This document shows, piece by piece, positions 26,750 through 37,780 of a stretch of DNA of 64,000 nt; positions within the stretch are counted from its first letter, which is position 1; the number at the start of each line of letters is the position of its first letter. The notes under the pieces were generated by a model. That model was not told where the DNA came from. It saw only the letters and a program-made list of their open reading frames with translations, and ran no database searches. The position numbers and the translations under genes are program-made. This DNA comes from Squalus acanthias (taxonomy: Eukaryota): contig CM059432.1 in NCBI GenBank assembly GCA_030390025.1, positions 79,486,001 through 79,550,000 of the forward strand, given 5' to 3'.

Positions 26750-27446
26750 GGGCCAAAAATTGCGGTTGGCAGCGTACCTCAGGAGTACGCTGCCAACCTG
26801 CAAAAAGAATATGCACCTACCTGATGGCTGCCCTCCTGCAAAAACTTGCGGTCTAACGCTGCGAGTAGGAGGGCAGCGTAATGGCCCACGGATCCCAGGG
26901 ACGCAGCCTGTGCGGAAGCATACCTGGGATCACGTGGGCCTGGTCCTCCAATCAGAAAACAGACTTACATTTTAATAATTTCTGAAGGAAATCTCGTAAT
27001 CAGATTTAATGGAATCCCGTAATCAGATTTAATTACAATTTACAGGATTGGAATTTAATTCCTAATTAGCTTCATTCCACCAACTTTAATTTAATTTTGC
27101 TGATAATTTTCGACATAATTAAAACTCTAATATTTGCAGAAACAAGAAAAACTAATTTGATACAGTTAAACTATATGATTTCTGAGATGAAAATGTTTAA
27201 AACATGCCTGAGGTAGCCCCTTACATTTCCGTACGGATTTTCTGGCCATTCGGTGGGCAAAAAGCCCAACTCTGCGCCAGGAGTTGGTTTTTTATGGGCC
27301 GTGCGGATGGGATGTCAACGCGTATGTTGACAGACTGCAAGTTCGGGATTTAGCGCATGGAAATCCCGAAATTGCGGTGGATTTCAAAGGAGGTATGACG
27401 GCGTACTCTGAGAGTACGCCGCCATACTCACCGCAAAATCCGGGCC
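26750..27446. mobile_element. Harbinger-type MITE with subterminal hairpins
   Basis: ATT TSD. TIRs GGGCCAAAAATTGCGGT and GGCCCGGATTTTGCGGT (reverse complement). Hairpins at 26764-26798 and 27393-27427. Confidence 0.8.
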
Positions 27447-27497
27447 ATTCTTTTTTAAGCAGTGAGTGTGTCAGTTGACAGAAATCAGCATTGGCCT

Positions 27498-28245
27498 GTC
27501 TACTCCAATTCAAGTAATGCATGGGAGGCTTGACAGGATTGCGTTGGAATAGTCAAGTCTAGAAGTAACAAAGGCATGGATGAGGGGATGAGGGTTTCAG
27601 CAGCAGATGAGCTGAGGCAGGGGCGGAGTCGGGCGATGTTATGGAGATGGAAATAGGCAGTCTTAGTGATGGCGCGGATATGTGGTCGAAAGCTCATCTC
27701 GGGGTCAAATATGATACCAAGGTTACGAACAGTCTGGTTCAACCTCAGACAGTTGCCAGGGAGAGGGATGGAGTCGGTGGCTAGGAAGTGGAGATTGTGA
27801 CAGGGACCGAATGCAATGGCTTTGGTCTTCCCAATATTTAGTTGGAGGAAATTTCTGCTCATCCAGTACTGGATGTCAGACAGGCAGTCTAATAATTTAG
27901 AGACAGTGGGGGGGCCGAGAGATGTGGTGGTGAGGTAGAGTATACATGTGGAAACTGATGCTGTGTTTTCAGATGATGTCGTCAAGGGACAGCATGTAGG
28001 TGAGAAATAGTAGGGGGCCCAAGGATAGATCTTAGGGGGACACCAGAGATAACGGTGCAGGAGCGGGAAGAGAAGACATTGCCGGTGATTCTCTGGCTAT
28101 GACTGGATAGATAAGAATGGAACCAGGCGAGTGCAGTCCCACCCAGCTGGACGACGATGGAGAGGCATTGGAGGAGGATGGTGTGATCAACCATTTTAAA
28201 GGCTGCAGACAGGTCGAGAAGGATGAGGAGGGATAGTTTACCTTA
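27498..28245 (-). mobile_element. L2 LINE RT fragment
   Basis: ORFs contain VDHTILLQ, ALAWFHSYLS and DIQYWMSRNFLQLNIGKT. Confidence 0.9.
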
Positions 28246-28894
28246 TAATCCTCAATCCTGTTCTGAATGGGACATTTATTCAGCGTTTAAAAAAAAAATG
28301 CTATTAATTAACATCACATTAACAACTAAGTCTGCTCTACATATCCACAATTCTATAAAGGGGGAGGTTAAGAAACCCTTCGAATCTCAAATCCTGCTTG
28401 AGGCTTGTTAACTTTATCCTCAATTCCTCTACTCTACCCTCACAGTGCAAGTTAAATAAAATGCTTGCATATACACAGGCATTCCTCCCACCATTTAAGA
28501 AACTTGGATAATATCTCCTCTGAGTCACCTCTTCTCTAATGAAAACAAGTTTAGTTCTTGTCAGTCCTTTCATAACTTAGAGCTCCAAGTTTGGGAATTA
28601 TCCTTGTTGCTCTTCTCTGAAGGAAAAGTACTCAAAACTGCACATAGTAATTCAAATGGGGCCTCACCAAAGATCTATACAAGGATAAGGTGTTTTAACT
28701 TAGTCAATACGGTCAAAATGCATCCCAGTACACGATTAGCCGCTTTGGCGTGACTGTATACTTTCAGTGAATAGTCAACAATCACACTCAAGTTTTTTTT
28801 TACCTTGTTAAGAAACATCCCATATCTTGCACACGTGTTCAATGTTTTCTGTTCCAATGTGCATAGCCTTATATTTATCCATATTAAAAGCGAT

Positions 28895-29323
28895 CTCAAG
28901 TCAGAATTGTGATGGAATACTCATCATTACATAGATGAGTCCAGCTGCAACAAAACTCAAGAAGCTTGACACCATCCAGGACAAAAACGGTTCACTTGAT
29001 CCATGTCCCTGCCACTGGACAGCACCTCCCTCCCCTGCTACCTTTACTACCAAGAGAGTCAAGAGCAGCACTTTGATGGGAACACCATCTCCTCAAAGTT
29101 GTCTTCCAAGTCACACACCATCCTGAGTTGAACATATAATCGCCGTTCTTTCATTGTTGCTGGGTTAATATCCTGGAATTGCCCATCTAACACCATCATG
29201 GGAATACCATCACAAGGACTGCAGTGGTTCAAGGCAGCGGCCTATCACCTTCTCAGGGCAACTAGGGATATCAATAAACTTGGCTTTGTTAGTGTAACAC
29301 TAAATTCCAAGAACACATCTTTT
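28895..29323 (+). mobile_element. Zenon-like LINE 3' fragment (older copy)
   Basis: Encodes MSPAATKLKKLDTIQDK and has a tail homologous to that of the 7963 and 30883 copies. Confidence 0.75.
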
Positions 29324-29456
29324 AAATATCACTTAATTTGTCCAGATCCCTATAAATGCTAATTATAGGTCAAGTGATTTATTATCACTCAGTTCTGCTT
29401 AATAACTGCTGGTTTTGCTGTGTTCAGGACTTGTACAAAATTGCAATAAAAACAAA

Positions 29457-29840
29457 AGAACATAAGAAAAAGGAGCAGGAGTAGGCCATACAGCCCCTCG
29501 TGCCTGCTCTGCCATTTAATAAGATCATGGCTGATCTTCAACCTCAACTCCACTTTCCCACCCGATTCCCATATCCCTTGATTCTCTTAGAGCCCAAAAA
29601 TCTATTGATCTCAGCCTTGAATATACTCAATGACTGAGCATCCACAGCCCTCTAGGGTAGAGAATTGCAAAGATTCACAACCCTCTGAGTGAAGAAATTT
29701 CTCTTCATCTCAGTCCTAAATGGCCGACCCCTTATCCTGAGACTATGCTCCCTAGTTGTAGACTCTCCAACCAGGAGAAACAGCCTCTCAGTATCTACCC
29801 TGTCAAGCCCTCTCAGAATATTATATCTTTCAATGAGATT
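29457..29840 (-). mobile_element. CR1 3' end
   Basis: Encodes KRNFFTQRVVNL and has the CR1 3' UTR. Confidence 0.9.
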
Positions 29841-30289
29841 AATACTCGAACAGCCAACTGCACTACACATGGAAAGTGTAGGAATTTGTACGTTTTCTTG
29901 CAGGATGTGATGTCTTGACAAATGACTTGCCCTAACTTTTAAATGTTGGTCACTTGGCCATATAGCTTAGCATAATCAACAAACATATTACGAAAGTACC
30001 CATCGCTATATCATTCATGAATAGTATTAAGGAAAGTATTTTTCAAAAAAAATCTTAATTTTCTTTGCTAATAAAGGTAGCAATGGGAAAAGTACCAATT
30101 TTCTATATATTATCTATGGCTTCAACATCAAACACTTCCAAATCAGGCAGAGCAAAGGCCACATACATAGTAAAACTTCCTCTACATTCTTAACACACCT
30201 AAACCCCAACCTCAGGAGAAGATGAGGTTTAGGGAGAACGTTCTTGAAGGTGGGACCTATACAATTGAAAGCTGTCGATAAGTGAAGAA

Positions 30290-30690
30290 CGCCAGCCTTT
30301 CAGACTCAACACTGAGTTCAACAATTTCAGATCATAACTTCTGCCCCCATTTTTAGGACGGCAGCTGTTGATGATTCTGCTATTCCAATTTACACCTCCT
30401 CTATACCCATCTTTTGTTTCTTTACTTGTCCCATTACCATCTCCTTTCACCTTGCACCACCATCCCTTTTGTCATTTAATATTTTTGCTTGTGTCATTTA
30501 ATCTCTCCTGCCTTCGACTCGATTACTTACCTTCCCTTTTGTTCTTTCCTCTCTTCCCTGCCTCTGTACTTGCTTAAAACCAGTTACATCTCTAACTTTT
30601 CCAGTTCCGACAAAAGGTCATCGACCTGAAACGTTAACTCTGTTTCTCTCTCCACAAATGCTGCCTGACCCGCTGAGTATTTCCAGCTTT
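30290..30690 (+). mobile_element. Penelope-like element 3' fragment with mutated hammerhead core
   Basis: Homologous to 3545-3930; the core reads CCGACAA instead of CTGATGA. Confidence 0.85.
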
Positions 30691-30882
30691 TATTATAGAC
30701 AGTTGAGGAAGATAAATTGTCATGAGAATAAGTAGGGTAATCATGCCATAGACACAGTTAAGGAGGATGCCATTGGTGACTTTGACGATATTGGTACAGT
30801 GAGTAGGACAGAAAGAAGTAAGTTGGGAGTTAGAGAATGAACTGGAAGGTTCTTTTTTCCAAGGGTGGGCTGTGATTTTTTT

Positions 30883-31864
30883 AAAAATTCATTCCTGGGA
30901 TGTGGGTGTCGCTGCAACATTTATTGCCCATTCCTAATTGCCCTCGAGAAGGTGAGCTGCCTTCTTGAACCGCTGCAGTCCATGTGGTGAAGGTACTTCC
31001 ATAGTGCTGTTAGGGAGGGAGTTCCAGGATTTTCACCCAGCGATGATGAAGGAACGGATATTTCCAGGTCAGGATGGTGTGAAACTTGATGGGGAACTTG
31101 CAGGTGATGGTGTTCCCCTGCGCCTGCTGCCTTTGTCCTTTTAGGTGGTAGAGGTTGTGGGTTTGGGAGGTTTGCCTTGGCAAATTGCTGCAGTGCATCT
31201 TGTAGATGGTACACACTGCAGCCATGGTGCACTGCTGGTGAAGGGAGTGCTATTGTCCTGGATGGTGTCAAGTTTCTTGAGTGTTGTTGGAGCTGCACAC
31301 ATCCAGGCAAGTGGAGAGTGTTCCATCACACTCCTGACTTGTGCCTTGTAGATGGCTTTGGGGAGTCAGGAAGTGAGACACTTGCTGCAGAATACCCAGC
31401 CTCTGAATACCCACAGTGTTAATGTCATAGAGTGGCTGGTCCAGTTAAGTTTCTGGTCAATGGTGACCTCCAGGATATTGACGGTGGGGGATTCGGCGAT
31501 GGTAATGTCAAGGGGCGGTGGTTAGATAGTCATTGCTTGGCACTTGTGTGGTGCACATGTTCAGTTTTATTCTTATTATTGTTTTTTGTAACAGGCAGTT
31601 AAGAGTCAACCATATAGCTGTGGGTTTGGAGTCACATATAGGCCAGACTCAGATTTCCTTCCCTAAAGGACATTAGTAAACCAGATGGGTTTTTACGACA
31701 ATCCGATAGCTTGTGGTCACCATTACTGATACTAGCTTTCTTATTCCAGATTTATTTAATTAATTGAATTTAAATTCCCCGTGGTGGGGTTTGAACTCAC
31801 ATCTTTGGATCAGTTAGTCCAGGCCTCTGGGTTACTAATCCAGTAACATAACCACTATGCTACC
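30883..31864 (-). mobile_element. Internally deleted tRNA-headed Zenon-like LINE (about 1 kb)
   Basis: Head and leader (31864 to about 31565) joined directly to C-terminal coding sequence MEHSPLAWMCAAPTTLKKLDTIQD..AAVCTIYKMHCSN and the 3' tail. Confidence 0.85.
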
Positions 31865-34325
31865 AGTCCCAAGAGGGAAGACATGAAGGGAGAACTAGAT
31901 GGTGAGGGAAATGGCCTAGTCAATGATAAAATGCTTTCACTGCCAGTGAGATGAGGCAGCTCCGCAGCCTAAAGGGATGAAGCCTGGAGGAAGAAGCAAA
32001 GGTAAGTAATCTTATTAAAACACACCACACTCACCTCACACACTTACCTCTCCACACTTGCACTCATCACTCACCTGCACACCGGACATTTCGGCCCCTC
32101 CGACCCCCGCCTCGCCTTGCTGACCCTGGCGAGGTTCGGAGCCATCGGGATGCCCACACTTTAGATCGCAAAATAGGGATTAGCCAAAAAACTGCCTGTT
32201 AACTACCTGTTAACAGGCAGTTAATTGGCACTAATCCCCTTCCCGCCTCGAGGAGACAGGACCCGGAGCGGGTTGGGTACCCGCCTCCTGGGAAGATGGC
32301 ACAGAGGCGGGTTGGGGGTGGGATGGGTACCTGCTCCCAGATTCTGCCATTTTCCCGGCAGTCCCACCTCCATACCCGCCTCCCCAGGGCTGGCAAAATT
32401 GTCCCCCAAGAGTTACCTCAGTGAACATGGTAGAGAATATTTAGGGTGAAGCAGAGGGAAACTCTGGGCATATCCAAGAGGAATTGGACCCTGCAGCAAT
32501 GGCAGGTTTAAAGGAGTGGGAAGCACAAAGGTATGTTGCAGAATAAAAGGGAAAGAGAAGGGAGGCAGAGGCAGAAGTTATAGTTCATGAAGCGAGCAGA
32601 GAGATCCAGAAGGCAGCCATCAGGGGTAGGGACCTCAGGTGGCAGCAATATGCACACCCAAGTGGACATTGTGGTAGTAATTATGTTACATAAGTAAAGA
32701 TACAAGTGGTGGTCTTAGACTACAGAGTGCCTTCACTGTTGGAAACTATTGAGTCTTTTTAGTGCCGGGCTTTAGAGAGGAAACTTTTTAGCAGCGGAGT
32801 TGCGTGTCACTCCTCTTAGCAGCTATACGGCTCCTACTTTCCTCTTGGAATTTTCATCAGTCACCCAATTAACTTATCTACTCCCTACCTGGTTTCAGTT
32901 GAGCAGAGCCTCAGGCAGGAACAATACAGCAGAGGACAGATTTGAAGGACGAGACACATGTGGGAGAAGGTGAGGCCTGTTTATGCATAAAGAGGCAGAG
33001 AGAAGACCTAGTGAGTAGGAACAGCAATGGCCCATTGATCTGATGACAGGCAGTGCTGGTGGCTAAAAGCAGCCATGGTGCACAGAACAGAGTCCCAAAG
33101 TGGGGGACAAGAGCAAAGATCAAAATGGAGTGGAGCTGAAGTCGGTGGAGTGGTAGAGCAGAGCAGTGCAGCATAGAGACTCTGTGGCAGAAGTAACATC
33201 CTCAGATAGAGACTTGGTAGCAGAAACGGTGTGCTGAATTGGAGCAGAGTCTTGCCAATTTCAGAAGAAACTGAGTCGGGAGCTGGAAAGGTATTGGGAG
33301 TAGTTAAATTGCGAACTTGAAACTTTTAGAGTTAAATTTTAAGCTTTTGATGAGACAGCAATGTCTTCAGTAGCAAGGAGGAGAGACTGGGAGGGCAAGC
33401 ATAGTTGCAGATGGAGCTTTTAAGATTTCCCACACTGGCTAACTTTGAAGTAGTTTGTTATAGGTAAATGCAACCTGAATCTGGTATCGGGGTCTAACTC
33501 GACACTGCAATGAAGCAGAGTGAGACTCTCTGCAGTCAGTTTGGACCTTACAACCCATTTACATGGCAAGTTTTGAGTCAGTTTGAAGTGGTTTTGCCTT
33601 GGACCAATGCTAAACTTGTGGAGTGTGAATGCACCATTAGAATGTCAATTTGGTACAAATTCATATTGAATTACAGGTTGTTTTCTGTTGTAGCCCCATC
33701 CACTGGCCTAAACTGTTTTCATTATTTGAGATCCTCACAACCAGCACAGAAAGAAGACTTTCAACTCAATAATCTAGATTCAATTCAGTCCAGACTAATG
33801 GGATGAAAGCCCATTTCACCCATTTTTACTTCGGTTTTCTCGGCATTTAGCATTAAAATTTACAATTATGTTTGGTTGAGCAGATTGAAAATCAGTGCTC
33901 TGAAAATAAAATGTGAATTATTTGTCTACCGGGGGTAAATTGTCCGCCTCACTAGATAATCTATATCCTGTTTTACTACAAGATGAAATTAGTGAGCAAT
34001 AGCTAACCAGAAAATAAATAATCCAAATGTCTGGAAGTAGGAAGCATTTATACAACTGTGAAAAAAGTAATTGCAAAAAGTCTTGTAAATATACAAAAAT
34101 GGTTGGCTGGAGAGGAAAGTCTTAAGAAGATGCAAATGAATCATTGTTTTCATAAGTTCTGCCATTTCTTTTCTCTTGAACTGTTTTGTATGTGATACAA
34201 TACGATCAATATAACTTCCCCAGAATAAAATATTTGTATTTTGCTACCACTGTTTCAACATCAGATTTCCAATGTCTAATTGAGAATAAAGTGGTTAAAA
34301 CAATTATTCTTTCTATGCAACTTAC

Positions 34326-34454
34326 CTAACTTTTGTTCGACTTCCTGCTTGTCTGTCTTTTCCTTGGCAATTTTCTTCTTGGTTTCTCGGAAAGCTTTCC
34401 AGTTCAATAAAAACTGTCTGGCTGTATTATTTACCTCCTTTCCATCAAGGACCT
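34326..34454 (-). CDS. PPP1R42: PPP1R42 internal coding exon, 129 bp, phase 1 to 1
   Basis: Splices in frame to the previous exon, giving EVLDGKEVNNTARQFLLNWKAFRETKKKIAKEKTDKQEVEQKL (human as recalled: [27 protein letters not shown]). Acceptor ttctttttatctgcag| and donor TTAG|gtaag. Confidence 0.9.
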
Positions 34455-34826
34455 CTGCAGATAAAAAGAACGCTTTTAAAATATAAGGTCAGCTGAAAAC
34501 AAGCAACAACTAAAGATGGTCATTCATTTCAATGAGTTCACTTTCAACAGCACTATGAAATCCTAACAGATACAGAATTAGAAATGATCAGTGACAATAA
34601 AATAAATCAGATTTGTTATGAGTCATGAACAATTAACAAACCTACAAGGTAAACAAGTATAATTTAAAAAAACTATGTTATAACTATTAAATGCCAAGAT
34701 TTGCAAATGACCCAAAAGTAACTGAATTATTTATCTCTCTCTACAGTGTTATCGTAATGAATACAATGTCAGAGAAAGCACGGTACAGTTGCATAAGCAG
34801 ACAAATAAGACACTCTGCAAAATAGA

Positions 34827-35025
34827 AGCCTACGTATTATTTTTGGCTGTATTAGTGGACGAACGCTTAACGCATTCATAGGACATTCCTCTGACTCTAA
34901 CTTTAACTGAGGCGTTAACCCATTTAAAATAAATGTATTAACGCCCCGTTAAAACAAATAGAGGAATGTCCTATGAACACATTAAACATTCATTAGTTAA
35001 TAACGTCAACAGTAATCTCTAGGCT
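34827..35025. repeat. Approximately 200-bp imperfect palindrome (old foldback MITE)
   Basis: Perfect 18-bp arms at 34875-34892 and 34960-34977, with looser pairing out to termini AGCCTACGTATTA / TAATCTCTAGGCT. Confidence 0.8.
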
Positions 35026-36441
35026 ATAGCTGTATAATGGCTGCTAAAATAGGTTTCCGGAGCTTGCAAATGTAAATCACCTTTGCCCTGAAAAGGGCAT
35101 TTTTATCAGTCTGGGTTTGGTTATCTGTTGAAAGGGCGGGAAAACTAATATGGGGCGCTCCTTTTCTACACATTCACTGGTACAGTAACCAAATAGTGTT
35201 ATCTGGAGTCTTCATGGGCTAATTGTGGGAAAACTTTCACCAAAAGATGTTTATACAGTAATTATAATGGAAAAAAACTTTGGTTAAAACCTCAAAGAAG
35301 CATTTACAAACTAGAGTATTAGTAAATTGTATCTCTTCACCCCTTAAGCAAGTATTTTAACATGAGAATATGTATAAACAACAAGCGGAAGAATTTTGTG
35401 ATTAAAAAAAAATTATTTATTTTATTTTCTCTTCCAAGCCTCCAACACCATGACTGCATACACCATTCCACAGCTGAAAATGTGTAGATGACCTTGTCCC
35501 AAGCTTGGAACCTATCACTGAAATATGCTTAAAAGTGGTCTAACGTCCCTGCTCTTCCCTTCCTTACTGGCAGAAAGCTGATCTCCCAGCAGCACCTCTT
35601 CTGAGCCAGACTGAGATCAAGAACTCAACATGTGAAGAATTATGAACACAGTGTTACATCCTACTGTTCTGCAGCAATATTACACCTAATCAGTTAATAC
35701 ATGCAGTGTTTTTGCAGTTTTTGACCACAATGGGAATTCTTCGGATGTTTTACCTACTGTATTTGGAAACTGAAGTAATCTATAAAAAGAGCCGAGCTTC
35801 TGACAAGTATTTTTCTGATGGAGTTATTTATGTAATCTAGGGGAAAAGTGTAGTTATCTCTAAATAATCAAACATCTTATCTGTGCATAATTCTGATTTA
35901 AATGTGGGAATTAAATGTACAAAACTATATCCATTGTATAGAATTCCTGATGCATGCATAAATGTTCCCCAATTACTCATGTTCTCATCAGAGTGCAGAG
36001 TATTGCGATTCTAGTACATCAATCATCTTTCACACACTAATTAAGTGTAGGAAAAGGTCATACAAAAGTAAGCATGTTGCATTTGATTGTTGCAAATGTG
36101 TGATTAAATGTACTGAGGTATAAATATATTTTATAATATCCTGACCCAAGAATAGAATTTCTTGGGGAAAACCCATTTTGAGTCTAATTCATTTCATTTT
36201 GATTTACAGAATGTCATCCCTAGGCATCTATCATATTTAACTGAATGCATAGTCTTAATTGTGTTACAAGGTAGTAACTCATTAAAGGGGTTTAGATGTC
36301 ATAAAACCATTACAGTGAAACTCAATCAATTCATACTCAGACCTTTCCCCCCTCCTTGACATTTGATTATTTAGAGATAACCTTCCCCAGAAAGCATAGC
36401 CGAGATCGGAACACCATGATGATATCTATATGGAGAATAGT

Positions 36442-37200
36442 GGCCCAGATTTTGCAGTCAGCGGCAAATGAATGGCACTCGCTGTTAATTATGCTTACAG
36501 CCGCCCACAGACTTTTCATGGGCTTTTGCGCGGCAACTTACGGTAATTAGAGATCCTTTTCAGCATGGCGCCCTCTACAGGGGATCTGTGGCGTGTGTGA
36601 GCAGACAAGCAACAGCGTGTCTCTTCAACCAATCAGACTGAAGAATCCTTATTGAGACACGCAAAGTCTAAACCAGGAAGTATTAATTCAATGTAAAATC
36701 ATGTACAGAAAGCACAATAAAGAGAGGGAAAGAAAAATGGGATTAAGAGAGAGAGATAAGAGCCAGAAAGAAAAAGTAAAAAATAATGTTTTATTTTAAT
36801 TTTCATGAAATCTCCAACAATAATTAAAATCTGAAGGAATGAGACCCGGCACTTGTAAAAGTAAATTTTCAGTGTCAGAAAGGTTGTTTGGTAGTAATTA
36901 ATTCTTATCACATCGTTAAAAATATGTTAATGGACAAGTCCTAATTTTTTCTGGCATGTTTAGTGGGTATCTAGTGGGTAAGTAGCGTAGCTTCAAGCCC
37001 TTCATGTGTTTTAATGCCAAATCTATTGGCGAGGTACCGGTGTAGCAAAGCTCGTGGAGGACCAGGGCATCTCAGACAACAACTTTTTGATTTCCGCACA
37101 TTTACTACGCATGTGCAGATGCTGGAAGTTGCTGTCCAATTTACTCCATAATAACAGTGAGCGCTGATAGCCTCACCGTTATTATCGCAAAATCCAGGCC
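36442..37200. mobile_element. Harbinger-type MITE
   Basis: TIRs GGCCCAGATTTTGC / GCAAAATCCAGGCC, flanks AGT and AAT, and a subterminal hairpin near 37148-37185. Confidence 0.75.
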
Positions 37201-37780
37201 AATATGTCAAAATGATATCCTGTCATTCCATCTTGTAGCATGCTGTTACAAACTCACACCCATCATTTTTGAAGAAAACTTGTGTGGCATGAGAGCAAAT
37301 CACTTGTGACATTCAAACAAAATCTATTAAAGTATGTTTGAAAGCAGACTTCAATGGCAAATTATAGAATTACATTTATAAATGTTGGCAAATTTTTGGA
37401 TGTCAATGCCGATTTTTTTTAAGCATTATTCACTTCTGTTTTCCAGTATCAGCACTGAGTACAACACAGCTATTTGCAGCATAACATTCCTGTGTTCTTC
37501 CCCAAAAATTGTGCCTTTACCCCAACCTCAGAGGAGTCTTTCCCTTATTACATCAGGGCGATTTCCACCCCACCACCACCACCCCATTTTCCCGCACGTG
37601 TGATCCTAATTACTGTTCTGTGATACTGTTGTGCCGAATTAGTGGGCAATGTTGTGTACTGTGGATTGGTGACCATCAGGAACTATATAAAAAATCTTTG
37701 ATCTATTGCATGTTTTGCCCATTATATCACACTTCCTGTGTCACACTTCAGACATTACGCAATCTTCTTTTGTAGCATAT

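Noticed and set aside
32450..33400. Possible decayed retroelement 5' region on the minus strand
   Set aside because: The composition is suggestive, but I could not find a diagnostic motif to support a call.
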